A DNA stretch of 63,788 nucleotides, the filler included, from Octopus bimaculoides (taxonomy: Eukaryota), in assembly GCF_001194135.2 (NCBI RefSeq). It is 6 parts of 6 records of this genome, joined end to end, with 100 filler letters (N's around TTAATTAATTAA, not from the genome) between each part and the next. Parts side by side here need not be neighbours in the genome. Positions count along the whole stretch, not along the records: positions 1 to 21,163 come from NC_068988.1; positions 21,264 to 38,383 come from NC_068984.1; 4 more parts are not named here. One strand, given 5' to 3'. How positions within the stretch are numbered: the first letter of the stretch is position 1; every line of letters starts with the position of its first letter. The translations under genes were made by a program, and so were the position numbers. This document shows positions 13,940 to 25,170 of the stretch, piece after piece. The notes below the pieces were generated by a model. That model did not search any database and was not told the origin of the DNA. It saw only the letters and a list, made by a program, of their open reading frames with translations.

Positions 13940-14090
13940 GGTAGGAATTGGTAGAACTCAGAATAACACTTTCAGGTATTTGCTCAGGCTTTTGTGCTCT
14001 GAGTTCAAATTACCACTGAGGTCATCTTTGACTCATTCTTCTTATGGTCGAGAGAATAAAGAACCAGTTAAACTATCGGAGATATTCTGT
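13940..14090 (+). mobile_element. SINE family B copy, old and degenerate
   Basis: CTCTGAGTTCAAATTACCACTGAGGTCATCTTTG aligns to family B GTTCTGAGTTCAAATTCCGCCGAGGTCGACTTTG. Confidence 0.6.
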
Positions 14091-14127
14091 TCGCCCTCTT
14101 CTTCTTTATCATCATCACCAATCCTCT

Positions 14128-14175
<48 letters not shown>

Positions 14176-15102
14176 AATACACGGCTGTAATGGGTTATAA
14201 GAACGATGTTGGGTTCCACTTACGGTATCTATATCACCTTTGACACCAGCGGAAGAATATGTATGCCAAATCTCTGAAAGCATATAAAAAATGAAAAATC
14301 CCAATTAAGTCATTTAATTATAGTCATACACGCATTCATAGTGACTCCCTCAAACTCACTGTTAGAAAACCATCGAATGAGTTAGTCGTTGGAAACATGT
14401 AACTAACGGCGTTAATGTTCACCAATTGAGACAGAAAACAGTTGAATATCAATTACGCAGCAACCGCATTATACATTAAACTATTCTGAATTCAGTGAAA
14501 GATGATATCTCTAAGTGTAGAAGTGTGATCGTGTTAACTTGTTGTTTAGATATTTATTGCAGATAACACATAAATGCTAACTAGGAATATCTAAGAGAGT
14601 TAAAGAAAACACAATATCTGTCATTCATTAATAATAACAGTAATAATAAAGGAGAAATTGTCTTCTACTATAGCCTCGGGCCAACCAAATCCTTGTAAGT
14701 GGATGCGGTGGACGGATACTGAAATAGCCTGTTGTATATATATATATATATATATATATATNNNNNNNNNNNNNNNNNNNNNNNNNNNNNNNNNNNNNNN
14801 NNNNNNNNNNNNNNNNNNNNNNNNNNNNNNNNNNNNNNNNNNNNNNNNNNNNNNNNNNNNNNNNNNNNNNNNNNNNNNNNNNNNNNNNNNNNNNNNNNNN
14901 NNNNNNNNNNNNNNNNNNNNNNNNNNNNNNNNNNNNNNNNNNNNNNNNNNNNNNNNNNNNNNNNNNNNNNNNNNNNNNNNNNNNNNNNNNNNNNNNNNNN
15001 NNNNNNNNNNNNNNNNNNNNNNNNNNNNNNNNNATGTATATATATATATATATGTATATGTATATGTATGTATGTATGTATGTATGCATATCCGTATAGT
15101 TT

Positions 15103-15142
<40 letters not shown>

Positions 15143-15170
15143 CACACACACACATATGTATATATATGTA

Positions 15171-15493
15171 TATTCTTTTATTCTTTTATTTGTTTCAGTC
15201 CTTTGACTGCGGTCATGCTTGAGCACTGCCATTCGTCGAAGTAGTCGACACCAGGACTTATTCTTTGAGAGCCTAGTACTTATTCTATAGGTCTCTTTTG
15301 CTGAACCGCTAATTTGCGGGTATACAAACACAGCAAGATCTGTTGTCAGGTGATGGTGGAGGACAAACGCAGACACACAAATAGTTATGTGTGTGTGTGT
15401 GTGTGTGTGTGTTGCACACCGAACTACTTGGTAGAATTACTTTATTATTAATTAATTATTAATTTTTACCCTATACCTATCTATCTATCTATC

Positions 15494-15529
<36 letters not shown>

Positions 15530-15620
15530 CTGTCTACCAAATCCTATCAGAAGGCTTTGGTCGGCCCAAGGCTATAGCAGAAGACTAAACCTGGACCTAT
15601 GTGGTTGGGAAGCAACCCCT
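15171..15620 (-). mobile_element. SINE family A copy with expanded internal microsatellite
   Basis: Reverse-complement tail at 15171-15382 and core/head at 15527-15620, separated by TG/TATC/TA repeats. Confidence 0.8.
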
Positions 15621-15622
15621 AT

Positions 15623-15670
<48 letters not shown>

Positions 15671-15742
15671 GAGTGTAGTTTTCAAACCGATTCGGTGGCT
15701 TACCACTTAAGTGCCAGATTCACTTGAATCCTGATCTATTTT

Positions 15743-15744
<2 letters not shown>

Positions 15745-15812
<68 letters not shown>
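15745..15812. repeat. (GATA)n microsatellite
   Basis: Direct reading. Confidence 0.95.
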
Positions 15813-15813
<1 letters not shown>

Positions 15814-16926
15814 TTCAAGCATTGATAGATAGATATTCAAACATTGTCTTTTGTTTGGCATATGAAATTGTATTATATAGTATATTAAAAATTCAGATAT
15901 ATTCTAGGGGAAAAAATGTGGTAATTAGTTATTTTTAAAGGAGAACTAACAGTGTAAAGGCAAATAATGCTACATTCAGAATAAAACCGCATCAGACTAT
16001 AACCGAAATTACATACATGTGCTAATCTACTATTTTATTCTGGTACTATCATCAAAGAGTAATTTTAGCTTTACTTAACCATATAGTGAAAAATAAATAT
16101 TAAGAATGACACATTAGATATTAAAGGTTTAACATTTCCATTCGAAAAGACGGAGTAATACTACTGGGTAATCATGATTGGTTGAGCAAAGATCTTTGAG
16201 CGACAGTTGGTTAGTTGTTACTTCTGATTATCAAATGTGACAAAATTATACATACCAAAGTATCTGGTTTGACTAACCAGATGGCAAGAGTGGATCTTGG
16301 CCTCTCTTGTGTATTGACACAATAAGTACTTTATCGATCTACGTAATTACACCATTCTACTGCGTCTTTGTTTTGCACTCATTAACACATTTGGCTTTGC
16401 AAACCTGTGTCACCAAGTGTATATGTATGAAATTGTGGAGAACAAGTTCAGCATTTATCGTACTCTGCCAATTAAAGTGGTCACCAAGCGTTTGACATAT
16501 TGATATTATAACTATAGAAGAGTTCTTTTCACTTTATTTAAATGACAGGATAGGTCAAGTTGAGTGGTTTCTGTGAAACGCTTGACAGTAATGTAGGTGA
16601 GAGTCTTGGAGATGCTGAATTTGATCATTGTCTTTAAAGACATGGCTGCTAATTTAAATTCTAAATTCGGATTTAACTTTGTCAGCCGTACAACTGCAAG
16701 GAATACATATGCATGCATTTACGTTTAAGTTTGCTATTCAGTTAGATGATATGTCTAAAACCGTATTTTGTGAGCACTGCACATTGGATATATACAATAT
16801 ATGATATACTGTTATGTGTATAGAAATATTCCCTGCACATACATGTGCGTTTGTTCATGTCTATAAATGTTTACTGTGTGTACATGCGCCTGATTATGTG
16901 TGTAAATATTCTCTGTATATAAGCGT

Positions 16927-16987
<61 letters not shown>

Positions 16988-18487
16988 CAAAAACATGTTC
17001 ATTTATGCTGTTTTCAAATTCCACTATAGACAAATGATCAAGCACGAAGCTGTCGTTGATGCTATTTTTGACACAAAAATAAGCAGTACATCTACCAACA
17101 CAATCGCAGAAATTCTATGAAGTTTGTTACAACTTTATGTCTGTAATGAAGTGATTATATATGCTTTTACCTGTGTTTGTGCTTGTCTCCACACCAGTGC
17201 TTGACAAACAGTGCTGGTTTACTTACATCCGTGTTACTTAGCAGTTAAGCCTAAAAGATCGTTAGAATCAGTACCGGGTTTTAAAAAATAAATTTCAAGG
17301 CGGAACCCACAATCCAATGTTGAAGCAAGTAAAAGATAATACACAACTGCTTAATGTCAAACTTTAATATTTGTCTGTCTTTATCTCTGCCTCTCTCCTC
17401 TTCTCTCAATCTGTGGATTAGTAGATCGGAGAGAGATAAGGAATGTGAGAGAGGCACTTGAATAGAAAGATATAAAGAAGTGGTTGTTGATGGCAACGTA
17501 AACAGTTTGCTGAAATGTCTTCCTGATGTAACCCTCTGAAACAATCTATGCCTGTTGAATAATGTAGGATATTGCTGACAAAGTACATAAATTACTGATA
17601 TATACTGAACAAATAGGATGGATATGACTAGAACGTATTTTAACAATATGGTTACTCGATCAAACTGACTCCGTCTTGAAAACGAAAAGATGACGACAGC
17701 AAAAATCGACAATAAAAACAACATTGACAAAGTTGAAAAGTGCAAAGTTAAATTAATTCTAAATACAGAATTATCAACAACCTCTATTGGAAAATATTTG
17801 TATATGTAAAAATTGGTATTTGCGCTGTACACAGCGACGACGGAAGTGATGATTTTGTATATTTATTTTAGTACATGCCGGCAAATTCAGATACATGTAC
17901 AGTAGTAGCCATGTACACTAGTATTGCACATTCGGAATATTGATGCAAGGGATTTTGGTACACCGATGTTTCGATATGAGTTATCTCGTCAGCCAGAAGA
18001 AACCGGTTATGTCACTACAAATGATTAACCGATATTTTTAAAAGTTGGTAGGAATAAGCACTGATCTGAAAACAGTTCGTTCAATGAACTATAAAAACAC
18101 CAGTGGTTTCTTTAGGTTCCAAGGTTCGGGTGATTCTGGTGGATGACACACAACATACCGAAACAACGGGAACATGGAATACCTCGTATAAACGAAATGA
18201 GAGTGATATGAAGCCATTATTGTTGGAAAGAGAAGTTATTCACCAGTGACGTACACAGCAGAGACTAACATATTTGCGTTTGAATATGCCACATTATATA
18301 AAGAATAAATATGCAAATCATCGTTCTCGAATTAAAAGAAGCCGCTAAAATACAATACATAAAAAGTAATATTAACAATACCTATTTGTTCGTATTACTT
18401 AAACAAGCATGAAACCTGGCTTCACAACAGAACTACATTGCATAATATAAATCGACATATGTTTTATAAACAGACTGCTTACTACAA

Positions 18488-18640
18488 AGGCGTGGCTATG
18501 TAATGAGAAACTAGTTTCCCAAACACATGGTTTCTAGTTCAGTCCTGTGTAGCAACTCAGGCTAATGTTTTGTACTGTAGCCTTTCGCCAACCAAGCCAT
18601 GTGAGTTGATTTTGTAGGTGGAAACTGAAAGAAGCCTGTC

Positions 18641-18674
<34 letters not shown>

Positions 18675-18795
18675 TCACACACAAACTTTTGCAGTTTAGT
18701 TCACAGGTTATCTAAACGATTAGGTACAGTGGTTTATAATGTATATGACTTGAGATGTTTGCCTTGTCTTAACGTTGTTTGTCCTCTTTAAAAAT

Positions 18796-18830
<35 letters not shown>

Positions 18831-18871
18831 CTGTGTGTGTGATTATGTATACATATATATATATGTATATA

Positions 18872-18908
<37 letters not shown>

Positions 18909-19024
18909 TATATATNNNNNNNNNNNNNNNNNNNNNNNNNNNNNNNNNNNNNNNNNNNNNNNNNNNNNNNNNNNNNNNNNNNNNNNNNNNNNNNNNNNNN
19001 NNNNNNNNNNNNNNNNNNNNNNNN

Positions 19025-19062
<38 letters not shown>

Positions 19063-19300
19063 TCACACACAAAATTTTGGGGTTTAGTTCACAGGTTATC
19101 TAAACGATTGTGTGGTTCTCCCTTAGCAGCACTTGACAATTGTTGTAGAGGTGTGAGTACGACCCCGTAACTTAGCAGTTCAACAAAGCAGATCGATATT
19201 AATAATATATAAGAACTGGGGTTAATTCAGTCGACTAAAAATTCTTGAAGACAGTATCCCTGCATGACCGCAGTCTAATGTCTTAAGTAAGTAAATCAAA
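18488..19300 (+). mobile_element. SINE family A copy, diverged, spanning a gap
   Basis: Head and core at 18488-18645 (GGAAACTGAAAGAAGCCTGTCG). Tail at 19115-19300 (GCTTGACAA-like, CCCCGTAACTTAGCAGTTC). Confidence 0.75.
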
Positions 19301-19590
19301 GAAAGATAATCAAGTTAACGAATTTATTTAATGACGGAAGAAGATTGTCATTTATTAAAACTTACTCCATCTGAAATATTAAAGTTAGCAAAGTACTCCA
19401 CAGGCATATTTAAGGATTTAATCAATACACACACTATTATATGCACATACACACACACACTTTCTGACATACATACAGGGAGACATACATTCACATATAC
19501 ATATGAATATCTGTTTCTATGTATATATGAATACGTTTATGTTTCTGTAAGCATATAGGCACTAATAAGGTTGTTAATGTAATAGACGTA

Positions 19591-19796
19591 TAAGGCGGCG
19601 AGATGTCATACACGTTAGCACTCCAGGCGAAATCCTTACCGGTATTTCGTCTGTTTTTACGTTCCGCCGAAGTCGACTTTGCCTTTCATCCTTTAAGGGT
19701 CGATAAATTAAGTACCAGTTGCGTACTGGGGATCGCTGTAATCAACTAGCCTCTTCCCCAAAAATTTCGGGCCTTGTACCATAAGTAGAAAAGGAT
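19591..19796 (+). mobile_element. SINE family B copy
   Basis: AAGGCGGCGAG head, GTCGACTTTGCCTTTCATCCTTT...GTCGATAAATTAAGTACCAG centre, GTAGAAAAGGAT end. Confidence 0.9.
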
Positions 19797-20038
19797 AGCT
19801 ACACCTATGAGAAATAGGAGCCAACTTTTCTTCAAAAGAGAGCCTACCATATTATGTATAATTATCTGTATATTTGTAGGTACCGGCGGGCTTTAACGTA
19901 TAAACTAAACTTCCAAGATGCGTTGATAAAATTTCACTCAGATCATATCTGTTTTCTCTATAATTCTTAAGTATTTGGTGGTGCACCAGCATGACCGCAG
20001 CCACTTGGCTGAACACATAAATAAATAAATAAAAATAT

Positions 20039-20212
20039 AGGCGCAGGAGTGGGTGTGTGGTGGGTGGTTTGCTTACCAACCACATGGTTCCGGGTTCGGT
20101 CCCGCTGCGTGGCACCTTGGGCAAGTGTCTTCTACTATATAGCCTCGGGCCGACCAAAGCCTTGTGAGTGGATTTGGTAGACAGAAACTGAAAGAAGCCC
20201 GTCGTATATATG

Positions 20213-20263
<51 letters not shown>

Positions 20264-20720
20264 NNNNNNNNNNNNNNNNNNNNNNNNNNNNNNNNNNNNN
20301 NNNNNNNNNNNNNNNNNNNNNNNNNNNNNNNNNNNNNNNNNNNNNNNNNNNNNNNNNNNNNNNNNNNNNNNNNNNNNNNNNNNNNNNNNNNNNNNNNNNN
20401 NNNNNNNNNNNNNNNNNNNNNNNNNNNNNNNNNNNNNNNNNNNNNNNNNNNNNNNNNNNNNNNNNNNNNNNNNNNNNNNNNNNNNNNNNNNNNNNNNNNN
20501 NNNNNNNNNNNNNNNNNNNNNNNNNCCCCCCCCCAACATCGCTTGACAACCGATGCTGGTGTGCTTACGTCCCCGTAACTTAGCGGTTCGGCAAAAGAGA
20601 CCGATATAATAAGTACTAGGCTTCCAAAGAATAAGTCCTGGGGTCGATTTGCTCGACTAAAGGCGGTGCTCCAGCATGGCCACAGTCAAAAGACTGAAAC
20701 AAGTAAAAGAGTAAAAGAGA
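20039..20720 (+). mobile_element. SINE family A, near full-length young copy (internal microsatellite is an assembly gap)
   Basis: tRNA-like head GGCGCAGGAGTGG...GGTTCGGTCCC, core CCTTGGGCAAGT resembling the CORE-SINE consensus, TA/TG tract, and tail ending AAGTAAAAGAGTAAAAGAG. Confidence 0.92.
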
Positions 20721-21116
20721 ATATATAAAATACAGACGTATGCGCGAAGAAGAAGAAGATGAAGAACAACAACAACAACAACAACAAAAACAAGAAGAAG
20801 ACGAACAACAACAACAACAATAACAACAACAACAACAAGATGAAAGAAGAAAGAAGGCGAAGAAGAAAAAGGAAGAAAGTAAATGAAATAAAGAAAAAAA
20901 TGAAATTAGATATATAAATAAAAACAAGAATAAAGATAAGAATGACGATAAGACTAATAGTAATTGAAAACAGTGAGGAGGAGAGTGAAGTCCATCAAGA
21001 ATAAAGAAATGGAATGCCTTGGAATGGTCAACATTGTTGTGTTCTTCTCAAACGATAACCTGTGTGGTGCCTATTAATTTGAGGTCCCCTATTCATTTCT
21101 AATATGTGGTATGGTG

Positions 21117-21163
<47 letters not shown>

Positions 21164-21207
21164 NNNNNNNNNNNNNNNNNNNNNNNNNNNNNNNNNNNNN
21201 NNNNNNN

Positions 21208-21219
21208 TTAATTAATTAA
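21208..21219. other. Assembly linker TTAATTAATTAA inside a 100-nt spacer (44 N + 12 + 44 N)
   Basis: The identical 44N-TTAATTAATTAA-44N structure occurs five times. It puts stops in all six frames. Confidence 0.95.
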
Positions 21220-21263
21220 NNNNNNNNNNNNNNNNNNNNNNNNNNNNNNNNNNNNNNNNNNNN

Positions 21264-21319
<56 letters not shown>

Positions 21320-21653
21320 GTGAGGTTAACATTAAAATGTCTGATGTCAAATAAGTCAGTGTCGAATCAGTGACGCCAAAGAGGCGGCGCCAAAAAATGG
21401 CAGTGCCATAACGTCTAATAACCTGGACATTGGAACCCTATTGAAACCGACGGTATCCATAAGACAGATGTTCAAACTTACAACTTTGTCCAGCCTGACT
21501 ACAGGCACAGCCGTATGGCAGATAAAACCCGTCGTTCTACCCCACCTCCAGCATCTTACACACAGTCTTCTTTATTTAGGTTTCAACTAATTGCTGGAGA
21601 GAGAAACTCGTAATGTAGCTTAGAGAATGTTTTCATTTCCGACAGATTATAAA

Positions 21654-21703
<50 letters not shown>

Positions 21704-21854
21704 ACTAGTGCTAGGTATCAATCGACTCCTCAGTAGCAATTTTAAATTAAATAACAAAACAAGCGAAAACACAAGACGAAAACACTGGCATCGATTTCTA
21801 TAGCTGCTCTGACGCTGGACTAGCCAGAAGGTGAAATATTTTTGGTTTTAATGA

Positions 21855-21995
<141 letters not shown>

Positions 21996-22258
21996 TACTA
22001 CTTAATCTGTGAAGCAGCGACAGTGCTCTTGGCCTTTGCTGGCCCAAGCCAGACTGGAATGATTGATGTTGTTGGTTTCAAGCTTAAATGTGTTGTCAAT
22101 AGTTGACTGCGTTTTAAACCACTGATTATTATATAATTTGTGTGGCTAAGAAGTTCGTTTTACAATCTCGAGGACCTAGGTTCGATCACACTATGCGTCA
22201 CTGTGATCTAGTACTTTCATCAAACGTTTGAATGGAATTTGATTGACGAAAACCGTGT

Positions 22259-22315
22259 AGAGTGAGTACATACATGCAGAGTGAGTACATACATGCAGAG
22301 TGAGTACATACATGC
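22259..22315. repeat. Three perfect copies of the 19-mer AGAGTGAGTACATACATGC
   Basis: Direct reading. Confidence 0.92.
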
Positions 22316-22319
22316 ATAC

Positions 22320-22612
22320 ACCAAAAATATTAATATCAACTGCAGCATTTTCCGAGGTGACTCATTTTCACCTTTAATTTTTGTGTTGCCTTAATACCCC
22401 TAACAAGTGAACTTAACAGAACAGGGTATGTATATAAAATTGGCGGCAAGAAAATACGTCATCTATCATATATGGGTGGTTTAAAACTCTATGGCGAAGA
22501 CGATAATGAGGCTGAGGGGTTACTACGTACTGTGAAAGCATTCAGCGATGACATCGGCATGGAATTTGGTCCTGATAAATGTGCCAAGGCCACTTTCCTG
22601 AAAGGGAATTTG
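22320..22612 (+). mobile_element. R4/Dong-type non-LTR retrotransposon, reverse transcriptase fragment (decayed)
   Basis: With one frameshift it reads SIFRGDSFSPLIF/VALIPLTSELNRTGYVYKIGGKKIRHLSYMGGLKLY...FSDDIGMEFGPDKCAK. This covers the QGD motif and the HLLYMDDLKLY box, with catalytic DD mutated to GG. Confidence 0.9.
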
Positions 22613-22673
22613 AAGCGTTTGTCCAAACATTCCCCTCTCGCGTTCTTTCTCTAGCAAATTGCATAATATTTAG

Positions 22674-22920
22674 ATACTAGCTGACCACGTTCCGTCAATA
22701 ATGACGGCTAATTGTAGTCTTTTATATATAAATAAGGTAGATAATAATCACACATACAAACATTCACATATTTCCCTTGTATACGCACTCACATACACAC
22801 ATATACTCACACAGAGTTGAAACGCTGATTTTTTTCCATCGCTTCCTTCCTTATTCGTCTATCATCCCTTCCTTTCTCTCATTTCTATTACTTTCTCTCA
22901 CTCCCTCTCAGTCAGCGCTA
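22674..22920 (+). mobile_element. Possible non-autonomous Helitron-type element 5' end
   Basis: Starts ATACTAGCTGACC, followed by the hairpin CCGTCA-ATAA-TGACGG (22692-22707) and CA/CT-rich filler. The 3' end was not identified. Confidence 0.4.
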
Positions 22921-23575
22921 TTACTCTCACTACTTCTCCTTCACTGAATTACTGTTTTGTCTCCTCCACGTCCGGCATGATTCTGGACATATATATATNN
23001 NNNNNNNNNNNNNNNNNNNNNNNNNNNNNNNNNNNNNNNNNNNNNNNNNNNNNNNNNNNNNNNNNNNNNNNNNNNNNNNNNNNNNNNNNNNNNNNNNNNN
23101 NNNNNNNNNNNNNNNNNNNNNNNNNNNNNNNNNNNNNNNNNNNNNNNNNNNNNNNNNNNNNNNNNNNNNNNNNNNNNNNNNNNNNNNNNNNNNNNNNNNN
23201 NNNNNNNNNNNNNNNNNNNNNNNNNNNNNNNNNNNNNNNNNNNNNNNNNNNNNNNNNNNNNNNNNNNNNNNNNNNNNNNNNNNNNNNNNNNNNNNNNNNN
23301 NNNNNNNNNNNNNNNNNNNNNNNNNNNTATATATATATATATAGGTGTGAGAAAGTTGGTATATGAAAGCACGTGGTTGGATGTATAAAAGGTAATAAGA
23401 GTGAAAAAACTACAGAAGGCTTGTGTTACATGGTTAAAGTATATATTTGAACTATGTCAGAAAAATGTTATAAAATCTTTTTGGTATATAAACATTGTAT
23501 TTTGAGAAATAACCGGTTTCGTGTTGTCTTTTCAAATTTCTCTACTTCATTGTAACATGTGTTCGTTCCAGTCTG

Positions 23576-23606
<31 letters not shown>

Positions 23607-23671
23607 ACACATATGTGTGTGTGTGTGTGTACATATATATATCTATGTATAAATATACTTAGATATATATG

Positions 23672-23710
<39 letters not shown>

Positions 23711-24422
23711 GACGCTCTGTCGGTTACGACGACGAGGGTTGTAGTTGACTCGAACAACTCGTTGAATTAACGTGCAACTGAAGGCGGCGACCTGGCAGCA
23801 ACGTTAGCACACCGGGCGAAATGCTTAGCGGTATTTCGTCTGTCTTTACGTTCTGAGTTCAAATTCCGCCGAGGCCGACTTTGCCTTTCATCCTTTTGGG
23901 GTCGATTAAATAAGTACCAGTTACGTACTGGAGTCGATGTAATCGACTTAATCCGTTTTTCTGTCCTTGTTTGTGCCCTCTGTGTGTAACCCCTTGTGGG
24001 GCAGTAAAGAAATAAGAATCGTTAGCACACCGGGCGAAATGCTTAGCGGTATTTCGTCTGTCTTTACGTTCTGAGTTCAAATTCCGCCGAGGCCGACTTT
24101 GCCTTTCATCCTTTCGGGGTCGATAAATTAAGTACCAGGATAGATTTAATCGACTGGTCCCCTTCCCCCCAGATTTCAGGCCTATAGTAGAAAGAATTAA
24201 CGTGCATGTGGCTGAGCATTCCACAGTCATGCATACCCTTTTCGCAGTTTTCAAGAAGATTCAGTGTGGCATAGAATGTGACAAAGCTGGCTCTTTGAAA
24301 TCCAGGCACAACTCATTTTTGAAAGCTGAGTGGACTGGAGCAACGTGAAATAATGTGTCTTGTTCAAGAACCCACGCACCGCCCGCAATTGAACTTTATG
24401 ATCGTGATTCGAATACCCTAAA
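23711..24422 (-). mobile_element. SINE family C copy split by a family B dimer
   Basis: 3' part at 23711-23776 and 5' part at 24194-24422 (GCTGAGTGGACTGGAGCAACGTGAAATAA...GATCGTGA). Confidence 0.88.
23777..24193 (+). mobile_element. Dimeric SINE family B insertion with a 13-bp target-site duplication
   Basis: Two head-to-tail monomers flanked by GAATTAACGTGCA at 23764-23776 and 24194-24206. Confidence 0.92.
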
Positions 24423-25099
24423 TATATTTATTTAAGTGAATATATTTATTTAACCCCTTGTCATCCTTAGGATTGCAACTGTTTCGCAGCCTTTTTCATG
24501 TAATAACAATCTCAGTGCATAATATATTATGTTTACATGTCTGCGCTAATATGCAAGCTAACCACTATAGTATACAATTATATATTTACAAGTCAGTACA
24601 GAAAATGAAAGCAAGTTCATAGGTTCACCAGAATATCATGGTTACACCATTGATTCAAGTGGTTAAATAAATATATTCGCCTCGTGATTTTTTATAATTT
24701 CATTGAGAGCATCTCCTGCATTTCAGCTGTATGGAACTCTGAGTTATACTTCTCTGGTTACTATATGATCTGTTAGCTGAGTTCGCTAAAGGAGATTTCT
24801 GACATAGCTGCACTTCTCTATGAACCCATATATTACACCTACAAATTTAGAAATATGCTACGGTATTTCTTTATGCAGTACTATACAACAGATTCAAAGA
24901 GTGTAAGTATGTGTGTATGCGTGTGTGTACTTGTCTGTCTGTCTGTGCATGTGCATGTGTATTCATATAAAAGCATACATACACACATATGTATATGTAG
25001 ATACGTATATATGGTGTATACACACACACACATACATAAATAAAGATAAGATAACCCTGCGAGGGAATTATTTATGCCATCAAATCATGTGCGTATGTG

Positions 25100-25170
<71 letters not shown>

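Noticed and set aside
17281-17832. 183-aa hydrophobic minus-strand ORF as a membrane protein
   Set aside because: Its hydrophobicity follows from being antisense to A-rich sequence, and it includes CT/GA low-complexity DNA and a SINE end.
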